Assembly (NCBI GenBank): GCA_963734545.1
Contig: CAVTHO010000004.1
Coordinates: forward strand, 288,001-352,000
Direction of reading: 5' to 3'
DNA length: 64,000 bases
DNA from: an uncultured Spirochaetota bacterium
Lineage (GTDB): Bacteria > Spirochaetota > Spirochaetia > SZUA-6 > Fen-1364
Below are positions 53,263 to 63,639 of this stretch, one piece after another. The position numbers and the translations under genes are program-made. The notes beneath the pieces are model-generated. The model saw nothing but the letters and a program-made list of their open reading frames with translations, was not told the origin of the DNA and searched no databases. Numbering within the stretch: the stretch's first letter is position 1; each line of letters begins with the position of its first letter.

Positions 53263-55167
53263 ATGGGTCGTCAGGTACTCGCAGAGGTAGTTGGCGTCGA
53301 CAAAGATCTGTGCAAGAACTGCCACGCATGTATTGCCGCGTGCCCTGTCAAGTACTGCAACGACGGGAGCGGCGAGTTCATCAAGATCAACCAGGAGATG
53401 TGCATCGGATGCGGCTCGTGCCTCGCAGCCTGCACCCACGGAGCGCGCCATTCCATCGATGATTTCCCTGCATTCATCAAGGCTCTGCGAGCCGGTCAGA
53501 AGATTGTCGCCGTGGTGGCGCCCGCGGTCGCCGCGAATTTTCCCGGAATGTACCTCCGCCTGAACGGCTGGCTGAAAAGCATCGGGGTCAAGGCCCTCTT
53601 CGACGTGAGCTTCGGCGCCGAGCTGACCGTCCACTCGTACCTGGAGCACGTAAGGAAGAACGGCCCCCGGCTGGTGATCGCCCAGCCGTGCCCCGCCATC
53701 GTCACGTACCTCCAGGTCTACCAGCCCGACCTGGTTGCCCATCTCGCTCCGGCGGACAGCCCGATGCTCCACACCATCAAATGGGTGAAGGATTTCCACC
53801 CTGAGTACAGGACGCACAAGTTCGCGGTTATCTCCCCCTGCATCGCGAAGAAGAGGGAATTCATGGAGACAGGGCTGGGAGACTACAACATCACCTTCGT
53901 TTCCCTCGAGAAGCATTTCCAGGACAACAAGATCGATCTGCGCAAGTATCCCGAGGCGGGATTCGACTCACCGGCGCCCGAGAGGGCCGTGCTGTTCTCC
54001 ACCCCGGGTGGATTGCTGCAGACGGCGGAGCGCTGGAATCCGGGCATTCGGGGAATGACGAGAAAGATCGAGGGGCCGGAGACGATCTACGAATACTTCT
54101 CCCGCCTGCCCGAAGCGCTTTCAAAGGGAGTCTCGCCCACCGTGATCGACTGCCTCAACTGCGTGGGCGGGTGCAATGGGGGGACCGGGACCTCCTCCCG
54201 GCACAGGGCGCACGACGAGCTGGAGCACTGGGTCGAGAGAAGGAGCCGGGATGCGCAGAAGCACTACCGCGGGAGGAAGAAGATCGAGAAGACGGTCAGG
54301 AAGCACTGGAAAAGCGGGCTGTACGATCGGAAGTATCACGATCTGAAGGGCAACAATCAGATCAGGATACCCGACAAGGCGGAGCTGAAAACCGTCTATG
54401 AGTCCATGCGGAAGTTCTCCGACCAGGACATCTACAACTGCAACTCCTGCGGGTACAAGAGATGCGAATCCATGGCAACCGCGATATTCAACGGCGTGAA
54501 CAGGCCCGAGAACTGCCATCACTACTTCAATGGCAACATGCTGGAACAGGAGATCCAGAAGGCGGAGAGCGAAGCGGAGAAGGCGAAGATCGCCCTGGAG
54601 GAAACGGAAAGAATGAAGCAGGTCGTGGATGAGAAGTTCCAGGAAAACCTGCGGAAGGCGCAGACAATTTCCGACCTGCTCGGCAGGATGGAGAACGGTA
54701 ATGCGGCGGTCTCCGAGACATCCGAGAAGCTCGTGGCGCTGTTCAACGAGCTGAACGTCGGACTGAAAGAGCTGGTCCAGAAGGTGAACAGCTCGTCCTC
54801 GACGGTGGAGAGCTTCGATCCCATTGTCCAGTCGATCATCAAGATGGCGGACCAGACGAACCTCCTGTCCCTCAACGCGAGCATTGAAGCGGCGCGGGCG
54901 GGAGAGCACGGCCGCGGGTTCGCCGTGGTTGCGGACGAAGTAGGCAAGCTGGCGGATGACTCCAAGGACGAGATACTCAAGATCAGGCCATACTCGACCG
55001 AGCTGAAGAAGATGTTCCAGGAAATGATGCAGCTCGTCTCCACGGTGGTGGGCAAGTTCGCCACGACTGCCGCAACGGTAAATGAGGTGCGGAAGTCCAC
55101 CATGGGCATCGTCTCGGCCACCGCCGAGGTGAAGAACGAGATGGGCTACCTGGTGACGAAAGGCTGA
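53263..55167 (+). CDS. [FeFe]-hydrogenase-like domain fused to a methyl-accepting chemotaxis signalling domain
   Basis: [12 protein letters not shown] and [11 protein letters not shown] ferredoxin motifs; [31 protein letters not shown]; CNSCGYKRC; [34 protein letters not shown]. Confidence 0.88.
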   Translation: MGRQVLAEVVGVDKDLCKNCHACIAACPVKYCNDGSGEFIKINQEMCIGCGSCLAACTHGARHSIDDFPAFIKALRAGQKIVAVVAPAVAANFPGMYLRLNGWLKSIGVKALFDVSFGAELTVHSYLEHVRKNGPRLVIAQPCPAIVTYLQVYQPDLVAHLAPADSPMLHTIKWVKDFHPEYRTHKFAVISPCIAKKREFMETGLGDYNITFVSLEKHFQDNKIDLRKYPEAGFDSPAPERAVLFSTPGGLLQTAERWNPGIRGMTRKIEGPETIYEYFSRLPEALSKGVSPTVIDCLNCVGGCNGGTGTSSRHRAHDELEHWVERRSRDAQKHYRGRKKIEKTVRKHWKSGLYDRKYHDLKGNNQIRIPDKAELKTVYESMRKFSDQDIYNCNSCGYKRCESMATAIFNGVNRPENCHHYFNGNMLEQEIQKAESEAEKAKIALEETERMKQVVDEKFQENLRKAQTISDLLGRMENGNAAVSETSEKLVALFNELNVGLKELVQKVNSSSSTVESFDPIVQSIIKMADQTNLLSLNASIEAARAGEHGRGFAVVADEVGKLADDSKDEILKIRPYSTELKKMFQEMMQLVSTVVGKFATTAATVNEVRKSTMGIVSATAEVKNEMGYLVTKG

Positions 55168-55237
55168 GGACGGGGTCTGAGCCGGGAGACTCAGCGGGTG
55201 ATTGCCGATGCGGGCGCGGGAGCGATAGCTTTCTCCC

Positions 55238-56101
55238 ATGCCGAACTTCATCTGTACCCGGTGCGGCGTGCAGTTCCCGGAGACCGCCGCGCCGCCGTCG
55301 CAGTGCCCGATCTGTCAGGATGACAGGCAGTACCTGGGGCCGAACGGGCAGGAATGGACCACCCTGCCGGACCTCGCGCGAACCAGCCGCAACATCACGC
55401 GACCCATCGAGCCCGGCATCACCGGCATCTCCACGGAGCCCGTTTTCGCCATAGGCCAGCGGGCCATGCTGATAGAGACTCCGGCCGGGAACATCCTGTG
55501 GGACTGCATCACGTTCATCGACGATGAAACGGTGAAAGCAGTGAAATCCAGGGGCGGGCTTGCCGCCATCGCCCTTTCGCATCCCCACTACTATTCTTCG
55601 ATAGTCGAATGGAGCAGGCGGCTCGGCGGCGTGCCCGTCTACCTTCATGCGGATGACGCGGATTGGGTGATGCGGCGGGACCCGTGCATGGTGTTCTGGA
55701 GCGGAGAGCGGCGGGAGATCCTGCCGGGCGCCACTCTCATCCGGGTGGGCGGGCACTTTCCCGGTTCCTCCGTGCTCCATTGGCAGGCAGGCGCTTCCGG
55801 CAAAGGCTCGCTTCACACGGGTGACTCGGTGTACGTGGTGGCGGACAAGCGGTACGTCAGCTTCATGTACAGCTATCCGAATCTCGTCCCATTGCCGGCA
55901 TCGGCCATCCGGCGGATCGCGGAAGCCCTCGATCCATTTCAGTTCGATCGCATCTACGGCGCCTGGTGGGACGCGGTCGTTCCGGAGGGCGCGAAGATGG
56001 CCCTGGAGGTGTCCGCGCAGCGATACATCGACGCCATCAGCGAGCGGCCCCTTTCGATCTCGGCACGAGGGCTCGATGCATCGCTTCAAGGGCGAAAGTA
56101 A
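55238..56101 (+). CDS. MBL-fold metallo-hydrolase with N-terminal Zn ribbon
   Basis: CTRCG...CPIC, FAIGQRA, ALSHPHYY, GGHFPG, MYSYPN. Confidence 0.85.
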   Translation: MPNFICTRCGVQFPETAAPPSQCPICQDDRQYLGPNGQEWTTLPDLARTSRNITRPIEPGITGISTEPVFAIGQRAMLIETPAGNILWDCITFIDDETVKAVKSRGGLAAIALSHPHYYSSIVEWSRRLGGVPVYLHADDADWVMRRDPCMVFWSGERREILPGATLIRVGGHFPGSSVLHWQAGASGKGSLHTGDSVYVVADKRYVSFMYSYPNLVPLPASAIRRIAEALDPFQFDRIYGAWWDAVVPEGAKMALEVSAQRYIDAISERPLSISARGLDASLQGRK

Positions 56102-56612
56102 AGCTCTGCTCCACGGGGACGTCCATCGCGTAGCCCCTCCGTGATTCCAGCAGGGCGAAGCCGATCCAGAGGGATCGAAGCATGCGCGCCGCGTGAACTG
56201 CGCGGGCGCCGGCAAGCCCGTAGCTTTGCAGCAGCTCCATCACCCGCTGCAGCAGCCTCTCTGAAGCTTCGCGCAGCCGGCCAGCCGCGCCTTCCGCGTT
56301 TTCCACGAGAAGGTCGATGCGCCGGGGATGCCTCAGCACGTACTCGCGAAGCGCCCGCATCATTGCGAACAAGCCTTCGCGGCCCTTGCGGGCAGTGACT
56401 CCCTCAGCCGCGTCCGCGATTTCACTGAAGACCATGGCCCTCAGAGTATCGCGCAGACCTTCCATGCTGCGCGTGTGGTTATAGAGGCTGGGCCTCTGGA
56501 CCCCCAGCCGGGCTGCCAGGGAGGCGATGGAAAGCGCGCCCATGCCGGCCTCATCCACGAGGCGCAGAGCTTCCCGCGCCACCCTGTCGGCGTCCAGCCC
56601 GGCGCGAGGCAC
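56037..56612 (-). CDS. TetR family regulator (WHG-type C-terminus)
   Basis: N-terminal HTH LSIASLAARLGVQRPSLYNH; RSLWIGF. Confidence 0.85.
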   Translation of the reverse strand: MPRAGLDADRVAREALRLVDEAGMGALSIASLAARLGVQRPSLYNHTRSMEGLRDTLRAMVFSEIADAAEGVTARKGREGLFAMMRALREYVLRHPRRIDLLVENAEGAAGRLREASERLLQRVMELLQSYGLAGARAVHAARMLRSLWIGFALLESRRGYAMDVPVEQSFTFALEAMHRALVPRSKGAAR

Positions 56613-57498
56613 TACCGGGCTCCCAGGAAGGGCAGGATCAGGCCGGCAGCCTGCTCGGGCAGCTCCACGTGGGGTAGTGACCGGCGGCCAGCATCTCGAC
56701 CCGCGCGCCGGTCCTTGTTCCGAGCATTGCCGCCTCCGCGGCAGGATCCGGGAAGTCCTTGTCCCTTGTTCCCATGATCAGAAGGATCGGCAGGTCTGCC
56801 TTGCCCAGGATCGCCTCGATCGGCGCCTTGGACGCAAAGGCCATTTTCTTCAGTGCCGCAAGCCTCCCGGGTTCTGCAAGGTTGGCCCGAAGCGCGGCAG
56901 CGGACAGGCGGCAAAGTCCTCGGGCTTTTTCACGGGGAACAGCCCATCCCAGTACGCAATCCAGAAGCCGGGGCCCCAGAAGCCGGCAAGCCCCACCTTT
57001 ACGATCAGGCTCACAAATGGGTTTGGCTTGCCGTCATGCATCGCCGGGCCGAGAAGCGTCAGGCTCAGCACGCGTTCGGGGGAATGAACGGCTGCCCAGT
57101 AGACGCTCCCCGCGGCAAACGAGTTGCCGATGAGATGCGCCTGTTCGATTCCGAGAGCGCTCATCAAGGCAAGAATGTCACCGCCGACTGCCGGGGCGTC
57201 CCACTCCTTCCAGTCTACCGAAGACTCACCGTGCCCTCGGACGTCCATCGTGATGACGCGGTATCCCGCGGCCGCCAGCCGCGGCCGCAGGAGGCGGTAC
57301 GTCGACCTGAGGTCCCCCATGCCGGGAATGCAGATGACGGCAGGTCCGCCGCCCCCGCTGTCGTCATACGCCAGGGTGCCCTCGGCGGTCTTCAGGAATC
57401 GGGTTTTCTCCGTGCTGGCGCGAAGCCGCAATTGAAGCGCCGTGCGCAGCCACTGCGGCAGCCGCGGCGGAACCAGCCATGAATGAAAGAAGCCTCAT
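56612..57498 (-). CDS. Alpha/beta hydrolase with N-terminal leader; several apparent frameshifts
   Basis: RBS GGAGG then ATG at 57498; PGMGDLR, DVRGHGES, GNSFAAG, GTRDKDF, AGHYP spread across frames. Confidence 0.75.
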
Positions 57499-57527
57499 CT
57501 CAGGTCCTCCTGTCAGTTTCTGTCCCA

Positions 57528-57556
57528 ATATTACTACGGGTAGTAGTTTTTGTCAA
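57528..57556 (-). promoter_or_regulatory. Sigma-70 promoter with palindromic operator for the hydrolase-tetR operon
   Basis: Minus strand TTGACA (57556-57551), 17 nt, TAATAT (57533-57528); TACTAC-GG-GTAGTA (57532-57545) in the spacer. Confidence 0.75.
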
Positions 57557-57788
57557 GAAAAATCGTGTGACGCACCGCGACCGGCCAGTACTTCGAGATC
57601 GAGGCCGGCGCCCCCCACGCGAGGCTTCCTGGGCAAATGCCCGGCGCCGAGCTGTCGCACCGGCTCGTGTCGTATTCGTACCAAAACAAAACGCTCTGAT
57701 CCTATACGGCAGGGCTCCGCCTCTTCTACCCTGAGTTGCCGCAGTCGCAAGGCGTTCGTGATCCGTGGTCGCTCGGGAGGAGCCGCAC

Positions 57789-58916
57789 ATGCCGCAGAAG
57801 GACAAGAGATTCAACGTCGCCATCGTGGGCCTGAGCTTCGGGGCGGAGTTCATCCCGATCTACCAGAGCTATCCCTACACGAACCTCGACGCGATCTGCC
57901 AGCGCAACCGGGAGAAGCTCGACGCGGTCGGCGGCACGTGGGGCGTGGAAAAGCGCTACACCGACTACGCCGAGCTGCTCAAGGACCGGGACATCGAGGT
58001 CGTCCATATCAATACCCCTCCGCCGCTCCATGCGGACATGTGCGTGGCCGGTCTCGAGGCGGGCAAGCACGTGGCGTCCACGATTCCCATGGCGCTCACG
58101 GTCGCGGACTGCAAGCGCATCGTGGACGCGCAGAAGGCGAGCGGGAAGCAGTACATGATGATGGAGACAACCGTGTATTCGCGGGAGTTCCTCTTCATCC
58201 GCCAGATGTACCGCGCGGGAGAGCTGGGCAAGCTGCAGTTCTTCCGCTCCTCTCACCAGCAGGAAATGGCGGGTTGGCCCGAGTACTGGGAAGGGTTCCC
58301 GCCCATGTGGAACGCCACGCACGCAATCGCCCCCACCCTCGCCCTCGGAGGAAACGAGGCGGAATCGGTGTCCTGCTTCGGGCTCGGGCACCATCGATGA
58401 ACGCATGCACGCGCGGTACGGCTCGCCGTTCGCCATCGAGACGGTGCACATCAAGTTCCAGCAACTCGGACCTCGCGGCGGAGGTGACCCGGTCCCTGTT
58501 CAACACGGCCCGCCAGTACCGGGAGAGCTTCGACGTGTACGGCTCGAAGAAGAGCTTCGAATGGACGCAGATCGAAGGGGAGAACCACATCATCCATACC
58601 GGGGAAAAACCCGCCCGGGTAGAGGTTCCCGATTTCGCCCACCTTCTGCCCATACGAGATCCAGAGCTTCACAAGGGCGGGGGTCTACAACAGCAAGGAC
58701 AAGACGCACCTCTCCTTCACGCAGGGGGGAGGCCACGGCGGGTCGCATCCCCACCTCGTGCACGAGCTCATCTCCGCGCTGCGGGAGGGACGCGAGCCGT
58801 TCCCCAACGCGCGGCAGGCGGCGAACATCACCTGCAGCGGGATCCTCGCTCACGAGTCGGCAATGAAGGGGGGCGCGGCAATTCGCCTGCCCGAGTGGAC
58901 CTTGTGCGAACGGTGA
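57789..58916 (+). CDS. Gfo/Idh/MocA family oxidoreductase; apparent frameshifts near 58388, 58460 and 58650
   Basis: VAIVGLSFG, VHINTP, AGKHVAS..P, YMMMET; later ARQYRESFDVYG and GGGHGGSHPHLVHE; stop TGA at 58914-58916. Confidence 0.82.
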
Positions 58917-58968
58917 AAAAAACGCACGTGTGCGTTGAAAAATCTTTCTCGAAAGGAAAGGAGACCAA

Positions 58969-60300
58969 ATGAGGACATCAAAGTCGAGACTGGCCATCGT
59001 GATCCTCGGATTGGTCCTCGCGTCCGTCACGGCATTCGGCGCGCCGCAGTCCATCACGGCGTACTGGTTCGAATGGGCCCCCGCGACGATGCTCGAGGAG
59101 CTGTCCAAGGATTTCACGAAAGAGACGGGAATCGGGTTCAAGATCTCGGTCACGGCGGTGGAAAACTGGGTCCAGAAGATCAACGTGGAAATGGCGGCGC
59201 ACAGCGACGCGTATGACATCGTGATCGCGGACAGCCAGGACGTGGGCGGCATGGTCACCAGCGGTCACTTCGTCGACCTGACCAGCTGGGTCAAGAAGAA
59301 CAAAGTCGACAAGAACTTCACCGCTGCCTCCATGACGGCGTACGCCGAATACCCGAAGGGATCCGGCAAGTACTGGGGCGTCCCGACCGAAGGCGACGCG
59401 GTCGGCTGGGCCTACCGCAAGGACCTCTTCGAGGACGCGAAGAACAAGGCCGCATTCAAGGCGAAGTACGGCTATGACCTCGGGATTCCCCGGGACCAGC
59501 AGGCCCTGCTCGACATTGCCGAGTTCTTCCACAACCCGGACAAGAACTTCTACGGCATTGCCATCTACGGCGACAACGGCTACGACTCGCTCGCCATGTT
59601 CGCCGAGGGGGCCATCTGGTCCTTTGGCGGAGCCCTGGGCGACTACTCGAACTACAAGGTGGACGGGATCCTGAACAGCCAGGCGTCGGTGGACGGCATC
59701 GAGTTCTACAAGAAACTGTGGAAGTTCGTGCCGCCTGGCCATGGTGACGCGTTCTTTGTGAAGAACAATGACGCATTCACGGCAGGCATCGTCCCGATGA
59801 CGTGCAACTTCTTCGCGTTCTTCCCCGCGCTGTCCAATCCCGCCACCAACCCGTTCGCGAAGGTCACCGGCTACTTCGCCAATCCTCCGCAGAAGGGTCG
59901 GGATGGAAAAGTCAGGCAGAGCGCCATCCTCGGCGGCATGGCATCTTCCATCGTGACCTACTCGAAGAAGCAGGCTGCGGCCTTCAAGTGGCTGGAATGG
60001 TTCATCCGGCCCGATGTGCAGATGAAGTGGGCGAAGATGGGCGGCTACTCCTGCTACAGCCAGACCATCGCCTCCAACGCCTTCCTGACCGCGACTCCGT
60101 ACAACAAGGCGTTCAAGGAGTCCATGAACATCATGAGGGACTGGTGGGCGGTGCCCGAGTACGCAGACCTCCTGGAGACCTTCAGCAAGACAGTCGGCAA
60201 CTATATCATCCGTGACGAGGGGACTGCAAAGGAAGCCCTGGACAAAGTGACGGAGAAGTGGACCGATATCTTCACCGAGGCAGGCTACTACAGCAAGTAG
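58969..60300 (+). CDS. CUT1 carbohydrate ABC transporter substrate-binding protein
   Basis: Signal peptide; YDIVIADSQ, YWGVP, AYRKDLFE. Confidence 0.9.
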   Translation: MRTSKSRLAIVILGLVLASVTAFGAPQSITAYWFEWAPATMLEELSKDFTKETGIGFKISVTAVENWVQKINVEMAAHSDAYDIVIADSQDVGGMVTSGHFVDLTSWVKKNKVDKNFTAASMTAYAEYPKGSGKYWGVPTEGDAVGWAYRKDLFEDAKNKAAFKAKYGYDLGIPRDQQALLDIAEFFHNPDKNFYGIAIYGDNGYDSLAMFAEGAIWSFGGALGDYSNYKVDGILNSQASVDGIEFYKKLWKFVPPGHGDAFFVKNNDAFTAGIVPMTCNFFAFFPALSNPATNPFAKVTGYFANPPQKGRDGKVRQSAILGGMASSIVTYSKKQAAAFKWLEWFIRPDVQMKWAKMGGYSCYSQTIASNAFLTATPYNKAFKESMNIMRDWWAVPEYADLLETFSKTVGNYIIRDEGTAKEALDKVTEKWTDIFTEAGYYSK

Positions 60301-60333
60301 AACCGCGCGCCTTACACGCAGTACAATATTCGC

Positions 60334-60365
60334 GGATATCCCCCGGCCCGCTTCGGGGGATATCC
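60334..60365 (+). terminator. Stem-loop after the SBP gene (mRNA stabiliser or attenuator)
   Basis: GGATATCCCCCG-N8-CGGGGGATATCC. Confidence 0.55.
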
Positions 60366-60389
60366 ATCTCAGAGGCAGGGAAGGACGTC

Positions 60390-61319
60390 ATGGCGACAGG
60401 GAGAAATGGAATGAGAGAACCAGCATCACGACCGGAAGGCCGCACCCTGCGCCCGCTCCAGGACGTGACATTGATGCGGCTGTTCATCCTTCCGCCGCTC
60501 ATCCTCCTCGCCCTGTTCAACGTATTCCCGCTGCTCTGGTCGCTTTTCCTGAGCTTCTCCAACTTCATCGCAAAAAACCCGATGGTCTGGGGCAAGAACC
60601 CCCTCATGATCGGGCTGAAGAATTACCAGCAGATCCTCGCCGATCCCGAGATGTGGGAGAGATTCATGACCACGGGCAAGTACGTGGTCTTTTCCGTCAG
60701 CGTCGAGCTGGTGTTCGGGTTCGCCCTCGCGCTCATGCTCTGGAAGCGGGGAAGAGGCGCGGGAATCATCCAGGTCATTCTCGTGCTTCCCATGACCATG
60801 TCCCCCGTGATCGTCGGCCTGATGTGGAAGCTGTTCATGGACCCCAACTGGGGCATGCTGAACTTTCTCCTCGGCCTGAAAAAGGTGGACTGGATCCAGA
60901 ACCCCGATCTCAATTTCTATTCGATCATAATCGTGGACGTCTGGATGTGGACCCCGTTCGTCATGCTGCTCTGCTATGCGGGGCTGACCGCGATCCCGGA
61001 TTACCTGTACGAGGCGGCGGAAGTGGACAGGGCATCGTGGTGGTTCACATTCCGCCATGTGACCCTTCCCCTGGTCTTCCCCCTCCTCCTCGTGGCCGTG
61101 ATCTTTCGCGTCATCGAGGCGTTCAAGATATTCGACCTGCCGATGGGCATCACGGGGAAGGGTTCCGCTGCTCCGCCCCTTCTCACCTACAAGCTGTACA
61201 ACATCAGCTTCCTGTCGTGGCGCACGGGGCTGGGCGGCGCGCTGGGCTACATCATGCTCGTCATCATCATCATGATCACGAATATCTTCGTGAAATACCT
61301 GAACAAGGCAAAGCAATGA
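60390..61319 (+). CDS. Carbohydrate ABC permease (MalF-like)
   Basis: DVWMWTPF, EAA loop YEAAEVDRAS, TM segments. Confidence 0.92.
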   Translation: MATGRNGMREPASRPEGRTLRPLQDVTLMRLFILPPLILLALFNVFPLLWSLFLSFSNFIAKNPMVWGKNPLMIGLKNYQQILADPEMWERFMTTGKYVVFSVSVELVFGFALALMLWKRGRGAGIIQVILVLPMTMSPVIVGLMWKLFMDPNWGMLNFLLGLKKVDWIQNPDLNFYSIIIVDVWMWTPFVMLLCYAGLTAIPDYLYEAAEVDRASWWFTFRHVTLPLVFPLLLVAVIFRVIEAFKIFDLPMGITGKGSAAPPLLTYKLYNISFLSWRTGLGGALGYIMLVIIIMITNIFVKYLNKAKQ

Positions 61320-62272
61320 GCGGCAAGAGAATGCTCGAAGACAGAAGCGGCCAGCGCCGCAAGGCCAGCCGGACCGTTCTGCTGGTTCTTTTGATCGTCA
61401 TCACGACCCTGTACATGATCCCGCTCCTGTACATCGCCAACACGGCCTTTCGGCCCTGGAAAGACATCAAGGAGTACCCGCCGCGCCTGATATTCGAGCC
61501 CTCGCTGGGGAGCTTTGTCCGCATCTTCACCCAGCGGAACGTCTTCCCTGATGCGACCGCCGAGGACATCGCGAAGATGAACATCTTCCAGCGGCTGGTG
61601 TATCAGGATACGAACGAGAAGATCATCCGGCTCGGGGACCTGCCCTTCCGCTACCTCAACAGCATCATCATCTGCCTGATGAGCACCTTCATCACGATCA
61701 CGCTGGCAACCTTCTCCTCGTACGGATTCTCCCGGCACCGCATGAAGGGAAAGGACGACCTGCTGTTCTTCATCCTCAGCACGCGCATGCTGCCGCCGGT
61801 CGTCGTGGTGACGCCCATTTTCCTCATGTTCCGCTTCCTCCATCTCACCGACACGCGGCTCGGTCTCGTGCTCCTGAACACCTGCTTCAATCTCTCCTTC
61901 GCCATCTGGGTGCTGAAGGGGTTCATCGACGAGATACCCCACGAGTACGAGCAGGCGGCGATGACGGACGGGTACACGCGGTTCGAGGTATTCTGGAAGA
62001 TCGTGCTCCCGCAGGCGCGCACCGGGATCGCCGCCACGGCGGTCTTCGTCTTCATATTCGTGTGGAACGAATACGCATTCGCCTTCCTTCTCTCCCGGGA
62101 GAGAGCCCAGACGGTTCCCGCCTGGCTCCCCTACCAGCTCGGCATCCTGGGGTACGACTGGGGGGCATCGGCAGCGGGAAGCCTCCTGTTCCTGATCCCG
62201 CCCATGATATTCACCATCTTCCTCCGGAAGAACCTCGTGCGGGGAATCACCTTCGGGGCGATACGGAAATAG
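61316..62272 (+). CDS. Carbohydrate ABC permease (MalG-like)
   Basis: RMLPP, EYEQAAMTDG, FVWNEY, LVRGITFGA. Confidence 0.92.
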   Translation: MSGKRMLEDRSGQRRKASRTVLLVLLIVITTLYMIPLLYIANTAFRPWKDIKEYPPRLIFEPSLGSFVRIFTQRNVFPDATAEDIAKMNIFQRLVYQDTNEKIIRLGDLPFRYLNSIIICLMSTFITITLATFSSYGFSRHRMKGKDDLLFFILSTRMLPPVVVVTPIFLMFRFLHLTDTRLGLVLLNTCFNLSFAIWVLKGFIDEIPHEYEQAAMTDGYTRFEVFWKIVLPQARTGIAATAVFVFIFVWNEYAFAFLLSRERAQTVPAWLPYQLGILGYDWGASAAGSLLFLIPPMIFTIFLRKNLVRGITFGAIRK

Positions 62273-62281
62273 GAGCGGGAG

Positions 62282-62506
62282 ATGTTGTTCTTCTTCCTGA
62301 TGGCGGCAGCCCTGGGCGTCCTGGTCCTGATCCTCATCCTGACCGGGAACTTCGGCAGGAGGATCCTCGAGCCGGTCTGCCTGGGCCTGGCTCTCGTGGG
62401 GATCCTGTGTCTCTTCCAGCCCTTCTCCCTCGCCGTGTTCGGGAAGGGGTTCGCTGTTCTCCTGCTCGGATTCATCGGCTACAACGTCGCCTCGCACCTG
62501 AAATGA
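62282..62506 (+). CDS. Small membrane protein within the ABC operon
   Basis: 74 aa, three hydrophobic segments, RBS AGGAG. Confidence 0.75.
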   Translation: MLFFFLMAAALGVLVLILILTGNFGRRILEPVCLGLALVGILCLFQPFSLAVFGKGFAVLLLGFIGYNVASHLK

Positions 62507-62516
62507 AGGATTGGGA

Positions 62517-63638
62517 ATGGCACACGTCGTTCTGCGAAACGTCGAGAAGAAATACGGGACATTCACCGCGGTCAAGAACCTGACCCTCGAGATACGGGAC
62601 GGGGAGTTCCTCGTGCTTCTGGGCCCCTCCGGCTGCGGGAAGACCACGACCCTCCGCTGCATCTCGGGACTGGAGATTCCCACGTCAGGACAAATCCTTT
62701 TCGACGATGAGGATGTCACGCGCAGGCGGGCTTCCCAGCGGGACATCGCCTTCGTGTTCCAGCTCTACGCGCTGTACCCTCACAAATCGGTGTACCAGAA
62801 CCTCGCATTCCCCCTCCGCGCCCAGGGGTACCGCGCGCGCGCCATCCGCCAGGAGATCGATCGGGTGACAAAGCTCCTCGACATCGGGCACCTCCTCGCG
62901 TTGAAGCCGCGGGCGCTTTCCGGCGGGGACATGCAGAGGGTGGCACTGGGCCGCGCGCTGGTGCGGCGGCCCAAGGTCTTCCTCCTGGACGAGCCGATCG
63001 GCACCCTCGACGCCTCCTTCCGCGAAGAGATGAGGAGCGAGCTGAAAAAGCTCCACGTCGATGTGGGCGCGACGACCGTGTACGTGACGCACGACCAGAT
63101 CGAGGCCATGTCCATGGGGGACCGCATTGCCGTCATGAACGACGGGGAGCTGCAGCAGATCGGCACTCCCCACGAGGTGTACTCCAACCCGCGGAACCTC
63201 TTTGTCGCAAAGTTCATCGGCAGCCCGGGGATGAACTTTCTCACCTGCACGGTGGTGAAGCAGGACCGGGGTTTCCTGCAGCTGCGGGTCACAACGGACG
63301 GCAGCACCATTACCGTGCCTGCGGGGGATGCCGTCGAGACGGGAAAGGAACTTGTGCTCGGGGTGCGGCCGGAGGACATCGTCCTCAGCACGGAGAGGGC
63401 GGAAAACTCCCTGCGCACGAGCGTGTTCGTGGTCGAAAAGATGGGCTCGAAGAACATCGTCGATCTGAAATACGGAGACGAGATCCTGAGGGCGAAAATC
63501 GGCCCCGCTGCCCTTCTTTCGCTGAACCAGGCAGTGTATGCGACGTTCGACATGCCGAGGATCCGGCTGTTCGACAGGACAAGCACACTGTCCCTCGCGC
63601 CCCGGCCGGCAGGCGCGCAGGCCGGCGGGGAGAGGTGA
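62517..63638 (+). CDS. Carbohydrate ABC ATP-binding protein (MalK-like)
   Basis: GPSGCGKTT, LSGGDMQRV, LLDEP, YVTHDQ, TOBE-like C-terminus. Confidence 0.93.
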   Translation: MAHVVLRNVEKKYGTFTAVKNLTLEIRDGEFLVLLGPSGCGKTTTLRCISGLEIPTSGQILFDDEDVTRRRASQRDIAFVFQLYALYPHKSVYQNLAFPLRAQGYRARAIRQEIDRVTKLLDIGHLLALKPRALSGGDMQRVALGRALVRRPKVFLLDEPIGTLDASFREEMRSELKKLHVDVGATTVYVTHDQIEAMSMGDRIAVMNDGELQQIGTPHEVYSNPRNLFVAKFIGSPGMNFLTCTVVKQDRGFLQLRVTTDGSTITVPAGDAVETGKELVLGVRPEDIVLSTERAENSLRTSVFVVEKMGSKNIVDLKYGDEILRAKIGPAALLSLNQAVYATFDMPRIRLFDRTSTLSLAPRPAGAQAGGER

Positions 63639-63639
63639 G

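Noticed and set aside
53263-55167. Catalytic H2-evolving hydrogenase
   Set aside because: Non-canonical H-cluster motifs, MCP fusion and no maturase or diaphorase neighbours point to a sensory role.
926-58916. Many split genes (lacD, kinase, activator, ABC ATPase, AKR, HMA-DsbD, copA, mannosidase, giant protein, hydrolase, Gfo/Idh/MocA) read as pseudogenes or programmed frameshifts
   Set aside because: The breaks I examined are mostly single extra bases, with intact motifs on both sides and no slippery heptamers. This fits uncorrected long-read error better than decay or recoding.
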